Assembly: GCA_003345555.1 (NCBI GenBank) | Contig: PRDJ01000002.1 | Location: 1 to 21,065, forward strand | Reading direction: 5' to 3' | DNA length: 21,065 nucleotides | Source of the DNA: Candidatus Thorarchaeota archaeon | GTDB lineage: Archaea > Asgardarchaeota > Thorarchaeia > Thorarchaeales > Thorarchaeaceae | Part shown: one piece after another, positions 7,833-14,921 of the stretch | Numbering within the stretch: position 1 is the first letter of the stretch | Layout of the letters: each line of letters opens with the position of its first letter | The notes under the pieces: model-generated | The model's input: the letters and a program-made list of their open reading frames with translations, nothing else | Told to the model about the DNA's origin: nothing | Database searches by the model: none | Translations under genes and position numbers: made by a program

Positions 7833-8681
7833 GTGAGCAACCGTGTCCTAGTTGTTGGACTGAATCCCTTCGACTCTGGAAAGACAGGAGTCTCGATTCA
7901 GCTCATTCAAAGAATGAAGGACAGCCGTGCTGTTGAGTTCTTCAAACCGATTAGTGGACATAACTACTGGTACAGGCATGAACACACTCAGTTCTGCTTG
8001 GAAAACAAGCAGCTAGTATCTTACGATGCCACTCGCGTAAGGCGAGTCTATCAGTCGAGACTCCATGATTTTGTGGCCAACCCTGTTCATGCGCTCTACG
8101 TGCCTGCGCGTCTCCAGACGCCGGGAAAGGCACCCCTCAGTACGCTCGCTCTCGCTGGATGGGATTCGGTCCTAGCAATGGAGAGAATGAGTCACCCTCA
8201 GGGCAACCGGGTGGAATCAACGATGATGATTGCCCGAGATCTAATTCAGAAAGAGCAGTTACTACTTACGCCTGAACAAGCAGATAGGCTGTCTTCGGGC
8301 ATAAAGCTACGGCCCGTGACCCGTCTTGAGGAAGTTCAGAACAATGAGAACGATTGCTTTGAAAGATATGTCAGCGAGTCATTTAATGGGATTGAGAGAT
8401 CATCCGATTCTGTTGTGATCGAATCGTTCAATGATTCTGCATGGCCTTGGGAGGGTCTTGATAGAGTGGAAACAGTACTCGCTGTTGGTCCGGGCCATGT
8501 CTTCACCTACGAACCAGAGAAGTTCAGACTGGCGGTGTTTCTCTCGAAGCATGAGAGCGGTCCTGTCAGGGAAGTGACGTTCGCACGAATTGCCGACATG
8601 TTGAAACCCCTCAAGAAGGTGGCCTTAGTGCCCGGAGAAGGTCTGACAGACGAAGCCTTTCGAGACTTGCATGTGGTCTGA
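7833..8681 (+). CDS. Predicted P-loop ATPase/GTPase, archaeal COG4028-like family
   Basis: VLVVGLNPFDSGKT (deviant Walker A), FFKPISGHNYWY and VVIESFND. GTG 7833 follows GGAGAGGG (7821-7828). The family assignment is from memory of the motif pattern. Confidence 0.75.
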   Translation: MSNRVLVVGLNPFDSGKTGVSIQLIQRMKDSRAVEFFKPISGHNYWYRHEHTQFCLENKQLVSYDATRVRRVYQSRLHDFVANPVHALYVPARLQTPGKAPLSTLALAGWDSVLAMERMSHPQGNRVESTMMIARDLIQKEQLLLTPEQADRLSSGIKLRPVTRLEEVQNNENDCFERYVSESFNGIERSSDSVVIESFNDSAWPWEGLDRVETVLAVGPGHVFTYEPEKFRLAVFLSKHESGPVREVTFARIADMLKPLKKVALVPGEGLTDEAFRDLHVV

Positions 8682-8724
8682 CCAGAAGAGAGATTAAGGG
8701 TGACTTTGGACCTGTGACACATCT

Positions 8725-8743
8725 CATTGCACTTCCTGCAATG
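8725..8743 (+). promoter_or_regulatory. Inverted repeat CATTGCA-N5-TGCAATG upstream of trxB
   Basis: Perfect 7-bp arms at 8725-8731 and 8737-8743, abutting the SD-like GGTGG (8743-8747). Confidence 0.35.
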
Positions 8744-8754
8744 GTGGGACCCTG

Positions 8755-9699
8755 ATGACCGAGGACCTTAGCTGGGAACTTGCCATCGTAGGCGGGGGAC
8801 CTGCGGGTATGACCGCGGCCATCTATGCCGCCCGTTATGGACTCAAGACACTCCTGCTAGAGTCTAAAGTCCTTGGGGGAGCGCAGGCCACAAGCCCGGG
8901 AATTGAGAATTACCCGGGGTTTACGTTCATAGTCGGAATCGACCTTGCGACCCGGATGAAAGAACAGGTCAAGAAAAGCGGTGCACAAATCAGGGAGATT
9001 ACCGAGGTCAAGAGTGTACGCGGACCCGAGAAGAGCGGCGAATTCATCTTGGAAACGCGACGAGGAAACTACAGTGCGCATGCTGTGATTGTTGCGACCG
9101 GTGGGGGCTATATGAAGCTAAACATACCGGGCGAAGAGGAACTGACCGGTAGAGGGGTCTCATTCTGTGCTACATGCGATGGCCCTCTCTTTAGGGGAAA
9201 GACAGTCGCAGTAATAGGAGGAGGGAATACGGCTGTCACAGAAGCTTTGTACTTGCACGAGGTCGCGGCGAAGGTCTATCTGATTCACCGGCGAGATGCC
9301 CTCAAGGCTGTGAAAGCAGTGCAAGACCAGCTGTTCAAGACCGACGTTGAACTAATCTGGAACACTACAGCGAAAGAATTCAGAGGAGACCAGCAGATCC
9401 AGGAAGTACTCCTTGAGAATGTGCAGACAGGTGAAACACAATCGCTAGTGGTTGATGGCGTGTTTGTGGCACTAGGCTCGGAACCAGAGAGTACAATCAT
9501 CAAAGCCGTTGGCGTAGCCACAAACAGACGCGGAGAGATCATCACAGACAATAACCAGATGACCAGCATACCGGGGATATTCGCTGCCGGAGATGTTGTG
9601 GCATCGATGAAGCAGATTGCAGTTGCCGTCGGTCAGGGTGCAATCGCCGCAGACTCGGCATATAGATACTTACGTTCCAAGAAGCTCGGTTCGATGTAA
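8755..9699 (+). CDS. trxB: Thioredoxin-disulfide reductase, low-Mr NADPH type
   Basis: IVGGGPAGMTAAIYAAR, IENYPG, GVSFCATCDG (CxxC), GGGNTA, HRRD and GIFAAGDV. Confidence 0.95.
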   Translation: MTEDLSWELAIVGGGPAGMTAAIYAARYGLKTLLLESKVLGGAQATSPGIENYPGFTFIVGIDLATRMKEQVKKSGAQIREITEVKSVRGPEKSGEFILETRRGNYSAHAVIVATGGGYMKLNIPGEEELTGRGVSFCATCDGPLFRGKTVAVIGGGNTAVTEALYLHEVAAKVYLIHRRDALKAVKAVQDQLFKTDVELIWNTTAKEFRGDQQIQEVLLENVQTGETQSLVVDGVFVALGSEPESTIIKAVGVATNRRGEIITDNNQMTSIPGIFAAGDVVASMKQIAVAVGQGAIAADSAYRYLRSKKLGSM

Positions 9700-9774
9700 C
9701 AATCGGTCGTTCATTGGCAAGCAGACTGCTACCTACAGCAATCAATCCCGTGCATTCTCTGTACGACGGTAACA

Positions 9775-9813
9775 TTAATAACGGGACCCCGATTCGGCCC
9801 TCAACGCGTTGAG
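9775..9813 (+). promoter_or_regulatory. TATA-like TTAATAA plus a 14-bp perfect palindrome CTCAACGCGTTGAG over the predicted start site
   Basis: TTAATAA at 9775-9781, palindrome at 9800-9813, GGTG SD at 9818-9821, ATG at 9831. Confidence 0.5.
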
Positions 9814-9830
9814 CACTGGTGCGTCTTGAC

Positions 9831-11021
9831 ATGAGCAAGGTCAGAACAGTCGGCTTGATTATCGCATTGGCCCTTGTCATCTTGCCATTTCTGGTCCAGC
9901 CAGCTTCTGCAAACCCAGCGACCAGAAAGGAATCTCTGATTTCGTACATTGGAGGGCGCTATGACGCAGTCGAAGGAGGATACTCTGTCGCCGGAGAGAC
10001 CACATCACGCATAGAATCAACTGAAGCGGCGGCTCTGATCCTCGACAGCCTAGGATACCTTTCGTCCAGACCACCGATGATAGACCTCGTCAAGATGAAG
10101 AACTTCACCCAGAAGGTTCAGTGGAAGACAGGTGCGGAGACCTACAGTCGCTACGGAGGTTTCAGCTCATACATCGCAGGTCCAGTGGGCATAGCGACCA
10201 CTTGGACAGCCCTGCAGCTCTGGAATCTGTTCGGGGAGTTCACTGATATCCCCCACATGGGAAGTATCAACTTCAACGTGACCGCCGCCTTAATCTATTT
10301 CAACAAGACGCAGACAACATCTGGTGGATTCGGCAATGCATCCGGTACCGCGCCAGACATTCTTTCAACTTATTTCGCATTGGATTCGCTTAATATGCTT
10401 CTTCAACTCAAACCGGAAGAGACACGTGACAAGTGGTTGCGCAACGAAACCAAGACAGTGGAATGGATACTCAGCTGCCGAGTTGGCAACAGCTTCAAGC
10501 TCAGTCCAAACTCATCAGTTGCTGGCGTTACTCCGACTGCCGCGGCAGTCCTCGCACTTGATTCTCTCAGCCAATTGTCATCATTGACCAGCAGTGGCGA
10601 TGTCGCGCAGTGGATACTGAGCCGTCAGGTCAACAGCTCACTTCAGGGCATGGCTCTGGGGGGGTTTGAAGAGGGCCCCGGCACAAATGATACAAACCTC
10701 GTGACCACGTTTTACGCCGTGAAGGGACTCCAGACATTGAATGCCTTGAGCCAGTGCAACCTGCAATCTGCTGCAGAGTTCATAATACAGTGTCAGGCCG
10801 CCGACGGAAGCTGGGGAAATGTGCCAGGCCTTCCACTCGGCGCACTTCCGATTGCAGGTGCTGCAGTCGACTTACTCCAGATACTTGGTTTCACATCGCT
10901 CTTGGATCAAGAAGACCCGAACAGTCTCACGCCATCATTGCTTGACTGGAGACTTGTACTAGTCCTGAGCATTATCGTCGTGGCCGCCGTTGTAGCATGT
11001 GTCGCTCTAAGAATGGATTAG
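9831..11021 (+). CDS. Exported, C-terminally membrane-anchored protein with prenyltransferase/squalene-cyclase repeats
   Basis: Signal peptide MSKVRTVGLIIALALVILPFLVQPASA. Six repeats of the type GG(F/Y)...T..A...L (GGYSV, GGFSS, GGFGN, NSFKL, GGFEE, GSWGN). C-terminal TM LVLVLSIIVVAAVVACVAL. Confidence 0.8.
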   Translation: MSKVRTVGLIIALALVILPFLVQPASANPATRKESLISYIGGRYDAVEGGYSVAGETTSRIESTEAAALILDSLGYLSSRPPMIDLVKMKNFTQKVQWKTGAETYSRYGGFSSYIAGPVGIATTWTALQLWNLFGEFTDIPHMGSINFNVTAALIYFNKTQTTSGGFGNASGTAPDILSTYFALDSLNMLLQLKPEETRDKWLRNETKTVEWILSCRVGNSFKLSPNSSVAGVTPTAAAVLALDSLSQLSSLTSSGDVAQWILSRQVNSSLQGMALGGFEEGPGTNDTNLVTTFYAVKGLQTLNALSQCNLQSAAEFIIQCQAADGSWGNVPGLPLGALPIAGAAVDLLQILGFTSLLDQEDPNSLTPSLLDWRLVLVLSIIVVAAVVACVALRMD

Positions 11022-11085
11022 CTCTCAGTACGACACATTTGTGACTGAATGTATGGGCTACGGACTATCAGGTCATCATTGGCGC
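11021..11085 (-). ncRNA. Candidate C/D-box (K-turn) small RNA
   Basis: Exact box C ATGATGA (11079-11073) and box D CTGA (11028-11025), spanning 55 nt in an intergenic gap, with a short GCGC/GAGC closing stem. Internal C'/D' boxes are not recognisable and no target was established. Confidence 0.35.
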
Positions 11086-11260
11086 ATCAGGAGGATTGGA
11101 GGAAGCGAGGGGCCTGCTCAAAGGAATATTGAAGTGGCTCAAGTGACGATCTGGGCCCTGACCAAGAACGAATACGGGACAGGCATGCTCGGAGTTTGAC
11201 ACGCTCAAGCTAGCGAAATAGCCTCTAAGCTCGCGGACCTCGCTTCAATGGCAACTCCCA

Positions 11261-11287
11261 CAAGAGATATAATCGCATCAAGCGATT
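11261..11287 (+). promoter_or_regulatory. TATA box with an overlapping inverted repeat AATCGC-N5-GCGATT
   Basis: CAAGAG followed by TATAAT (11268-11273). Repeat arms at 11271-11276 and 11282-11287. SD GGAGG at 11306-11310, 8 nt before TTG 11319. Confidence 0.55.
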
Positions 11288-11318
11288 TCCTCCTTGGCTT
11301 AGTTCGGAGGCACAATCG

Positions 11319-11738
11319 TTGAGCAAGACGGACATGACTCAAGCAAGAGTGATGAGAATCGCGAAGGGCAATACAATTACACTGCCAGCCGACTTCGTGG
11401 ATGGGATTGGACAGCCCTACGGGCTTGCCATACTCGTCATGAAGGACAAGAATGTCAAACTGTATCCAGTGGGCAGTGACAAGGTGATGTACCTGAAGCT
11501 GGACATCCAAAAACTGAGCAAGAGCTTTCTGGAGGAACTTACATCTGCCTTTGACAAAGCAGGGTTACAGGACATCCTCTTCACAAGTGGAATCTGTCAA
11601 GCTGCGAATCAATGCTACTATGAGTGCTATTTCACCCCGGGTCAGCTCAAGATGCCTGTTGCCACTCTCGAACGCACGCTCAAGTCGATTTCAGGAGTAC
11701 AGAACGTAGTACTGCATGATGTTCCAGTATCCAAGTGA
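11319..11738 (+). CDS. AbrB/SpoVT-type DNA-binding domain fused to an ACT-like domain (putative ligand-responsive regulator)
   Basis: N-terminal RIAKGNTITLPADFVDGIG resembles the swapped-hairpin motif. The C-terminal beta-alpha-beta-beta-alpha-beta pattern ends LKSISGVQNVVL. Strong SD. Confidence 0.65.
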   Translation: MSKTDMTQARVMRIAKGNTITLPADFVDGIGQPYGLAILVMKDKNVKLYPVGSDKVMYLKLDIQKLSKSFLEELTSAFDKAGLQDILFTSGICQAANQCYYECYFTPGQLKMPVATLERTLKSISGVQNVVLHDVPVSK

Positions 11739-11842
11739 GTCTATGTCAAACCCAGTGTTCGAAAGTGGCCAGTAAAGCGAACGGAAGAGAACTGCTTCGC
11801 CCGCTCTGAAGAACATACTGAAAATGCAATCTGCTGATTCCA

Positions 11843-13357
11843 ATGGTAGGCATCGTAGGCATCTATCGTACTCGGATTGCTGCTAGCCCCTACAGCTCGC
11901 TCCGGCGAATGTCCGACGCAATGGAGCACAGGGGCAAACAGAGACTCACACTATCAGGCACTGATCTCCACGAGCGATTCGCATTAGATATCCGGTCTCC
12001 CGTCACTCAGGACTTTTACGCAAAGCACAAGGGCAGGCAGACGCTCGTCGTGTGTGGATGGAATGTCCGACAAGACATCATTGACCGCTTGCTGGGAACT
12101 CAGGTCCCTTTGACAGATAATGACGGGGCATCCAGAACTCAAGGATTATCGGATGCCTTGATCCTCAGAACCAATGAGTCAGGTCTTCTTCTGTCGAGGT
12201 TCGGACACTCCACGAGTCCCATCTACTATCAATCGTGGGAAGAAGGTCTCGCATTCTCGACAGAGAGAAAGGCTCTCTGGAGAATAGGTCTTTCCAAACC
12301 TATAGAACTCGAACCCGGTCAGACGCTTCATGTCGATGCACATCAGCCCCAACCGACAATCAGAACTCAAGAGAGAACCTACCCTGGTGTGAACAAGAGT
12401 CGGTCCAAAGAGGAATTGTTGGCATCGCTTCGAAGCCGCCTACGGGATTGCTTCAATTGCCTGCATTCAGCTGAGAATGTAGGTGTGCTCTTCTCGGGCG
12501 GCGTCGACAGCTCGCTTGCCGCATTGCTTGCCAAGTATGTATGCAGGAACGTGACTCTCTTCACTGCGTGCGGCAAGGGTTCACATGATGAAGAATTCGT
12601 TTGTGAAGCTGCCCAGGCATTGGAGATGGAACTGAAGGTCGTGCCGTTCGACAAAGACAGAGTCTGGGGAGTTCTGCCAGAGCTGATCTACGCAATCGAA
12701 ACCACCAGACAGATGGACGTCGAGATTGCACTTCCATTGTTTGTCGCAGCATGCGCAGCAAGAGCTTCAGGAGACAGGATTTTAATTTCGGGTCAAGGTC
12801 CGGATGAGCTATTTGCAGGATATGCAAGACATGCTCGGCTCTTTGCAGAGATGGGGGAGGACGCGCTTGACGAAGAGCTACGTTCAGAGATTCAAGAAAC
12901 CCATAGAGTGAACATCGGAAGAGATGAGAGAGCGATAGGCTATAATGGTCTAAGCGCATTCTTTCCATATTTGAATAGTCAGTTCGTCTCCGAAGCCCTC
13001 GAAGTCCCTTCACGCTGGAAGATATCCCCAAGCGGCATACCAGAACGAAAAGTAATCTTCAGGGAACTAGCCATCAAGATGGGCCTCCCCGAAACACTTG
13101 CTTCAGGCCCGAAGAAAGCAACACAATACAGCTCGGGCTCTCAGAAGATTCTCTCGAAAGCAGTATCTGAAAAGGTCAAGATTCAGAGAGATATCGTGAG
13201 CCTCAAGCCGGATAGAATCGTACAACTCGTGCTAGACAAGATAGGTATAGAACTTGGCATGCCAATTCCGAGCATGCCCAATGCTGAGCTCAGTATTGAC
13301 CTAGACACCGCTCACGAATTCGCTCAGAAGATTGGAGAGACTAGCCGCCGGCAATGA
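11843..13357 (+). CDS. asnB: Asparagine synthetase B homologue; synthetase domain intact, glutaminase domain degenerate
   Basis: LFSGGVDSS (PP-loop), GQGPDELFAGY, NIGRDER and KKATQYSSG. The N-terminus is MVGIVG instead of MCGIxG. An in-frame TGA at 11819-11821 excludes an earlier start. Confidence 0.85.
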   Translation: MVGIVGIYRTRIAASPYSSLRRMSDAMEHRGKQRLTLSGTDLHERFALDIRSPVTQDFYAKHKGRQTLVVCGWNVRQDIIDRLLGTQVPLTDNDGASRTQGLSDALILRTNESGLLLSRFGHSTSPIYYQSWEEGLAFSTERKALWRIGLSKPIELEPGQTLHVDAHQPQPTIRTQERTYPGVNKSRSKEELLASLRSRLRDCFNCLHSAENVGVLFSGGVDSSLAALLAKYVCRNVTLFTACGKGSHDEEFVCEAAQALEMELKVVPFDKDRVWGVLPELIYAIETTRQMDVEIALPLFVAACAARASGDRILISGQGPDELFAGYARHARLFAEMGEDALDEELRSEIQETHRVNIGRDERAIGYNGLSAFFPYLNSQFVSEALEVPSRWKISPSGIPERKVIFRELAIKMGLPETLASGPKKATQYSSGSQKILSKAVSEKVKIQRDIVSLKPDRIVQLVLDKIGIELGMPIPSMPNAELSIDLDTAHEFAQKIGETSRRQ

Positions 13358-13559
13358 GAGGAAGCACAACGACCTTGTCGTGTTCATGCAAGATTGAATC
13401 GGTCGCCACCCTGCGTCCGTCAACCAGCACGATGTGGTCAAAAGAGAGATTGAGTTCCTTCAATAGCTGGGCCACTGTCTTCGTTTCACTGATCTCAACT
13501 TTGGTCAGTCTGACTGTCCTTAGGACCGTGGCCAAACAAGTCACCTTGTATGCAGACAT
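13341..13559 (-). CDS. MoaD/ThiS/SAMP-family ubiquitin-like protein, 72 aa
   Basis: Beta-grasp pattern IVLVDGRRV...DKVVVLPLIAGG ending in a C-terminal di-glycine directly before TAG. Confidence 0.9.
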   Translation of the reverse strand: MSAYKVTCLATVLRTVRLTKVEISETKTVAQLLKELNLSFDHIVLVDGRRVATDSILHEHDKVVVLPLIAGG

Positions 13560-13878
13560 TTCTGACGGCTTATATGCTTAATTCGAAGGCGGGATTCTGA
13601 AGAATCGAGTGTCCACTCAAATGAAAGGAGAGCCACTCGAAGCGGGAATTGTGTCCATGATTACGGTCGCTAGTCATAAATAGCCGAGAACCATGTAACG
13701 TGCCTCGCTATAGTGCACTCGTGATTGCACGCATTCGGCGAAAGTCGTTTGTTCACGGGAAGGGCGACAACAATCTTCTTAAAGGACGCTCGCGCCGCCC
13801 CGTGAATAGTCCAAGAAACATGACGAACTAGAATTCGACATTCTTCAAGCTTTGCCAATCGAGGAGACGAAACCCATT

Positions 13879-14916
13879 ATGGTCGGCATTGTCGGGTATG
13901 GTGTATACATACCGAGGTATAGAATCAAGACAACGGACATCGCAGATGTCTGGGGAGAGAACGGAGAGGCAGTAGCACAGGGCCTCGGGGTTTTTGAGAA
14001 ATCTCTGCCCGGTCCTGATGAAGATGTAGCAACCATCGCAACAGAGGCGGCAAGAAATGCCGTGAAGTTTGGCAAAGTCGACGCCAAGCACATAGGAGCG
14101 GTCTATGTGGGTTCAGAGTCACACCCCTATGCAGTTAAGCCCACAGGAACGATCGTTGCCTCGGCAATAGGATGCTCAACCGAACTAACTTGCGCAGACC
14201 TTGAGTTCGCATGCAAGGCAGGAACTGCCGGAATTCAGACTTGCATGGGTCTCGTTCAATCCAAGATGGTCAAGATAGGTCTCGCCATAGGAGCCGATAC
14301 CGCACAGGGAAGACCTGGAGATGCCTTGGAGTATTCAGCGGCCGCAGGAGGCGCAGCATACCTGATTGGCGAAGAGAATCCTGTGGCGACGATTGAGAGG
14401 ACTGTCTCAGTCACATCAGACACGCCCGACTTCTGGCGCCGCGAGGGGGAAGACTTCCCGAGTCACGGAGCTCGCTTCACAGGTGAACCGGCCTATTTCC
14501 GACATGTCGAAGACTGTGCCAAACTGCTGTTTAGAACAACAGGTACCTCAGTGGACGACTTTGATTACTTCGTGTTCCACATGCCCAACGGCAAGTTCCC
14601 AGTTGCGGTTGGAAAACAGCTTGATGTTCCAGCAGAGAAGCTTGAAGATAGCCTAGTGGTTCGCCAGATTGGCAACACATACTCCGGGTCGGCCATGATC
14701 GGTCTTGCCAGAGTGCTGGATGTTTCAAAACCCGGGGACAGGATATTCGTAATATCGTACGGATCAGGAGCAGGTAGCGATGGGTTCACTATTCGTGTGG
14801 AAGATGAAATTCTAGGGCATCGCGGGGAAGTCCCAACTGTCGATGATTACATTCAGAGAAAGGTGTACGTAAGCTATGCTATCTATGCCAAGTACAAACA
14901 TACCATAAACATGTAG
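13879..14916 (+). CDS. mvaS: Hydroxymethylglutaryl-CoA synthase, archaeal type
   Basis: [34 protein letters not shown] (catalytic Cys), FHMPNGKFP and [10 protein letters not shown] 13879 matches the usual family N-terminus and follows GAGGAG. Confidence 0.95.
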   Translation: MVGIVGYGVYIPRYRIKTTDIADVWGENGEAVAQGLGVFEKSLPGPDEDVATIATEAARNAVKFGKVDAKHIGAVYVGSESHPYAVKPTGTIVASAIGCSTELTCADLEFACKAGTAGIQTCMGLVQSKMVKIGLAIGADTAQGRPGDALEYSAAAGGAAYLIGEENPVATIERTVSVTSDTPDFWRREGEDFPSHGARFTGEPAYFRHVEDCAKLLFRTTGTSVDDFDYFVFHMPNGKFPVAVGKQLDVPAEKLEDSLVVRQIGNTYSGSAMIGLARVLDVSKPGDRIFVISYGSGAGSDGFTIRVEDEILGHRGEVPTVDDYIQRKVYVSYAIYAKYKHTINM

Positions 14917-14921
14917 GTCGG

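Noticed and set aside
11045-11146. Protein-like open frame LNVWATDYQVIIGASGGLEEARGLLKGILKWLK preceded by an in-frame TGA
   Set aside because: No start codon or SD in frame and no SECIS-like stem, so neither a gene nor Sec read-through can be supported. A gene remnant is not excluded.
11736-11837. Possible TGA read-through extension of the AbrB-ACT gene (33 open codons)
   Set aside because: The length is compatible with chance, the ACT domain is already complete and no SECIS was seen.
13670-13858. 62-aa minus-strand ORF in the divergent spacer
   Set aside because: TTG start without SD, no family features, and it overlaps the likely mvaS promoter.
11843-13896. asnB and mvaS both begin MVGIVG
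   Set aside because: The codons differ at third positions and each fits its own family's first beta-strand; this is coincidence, not duplication.
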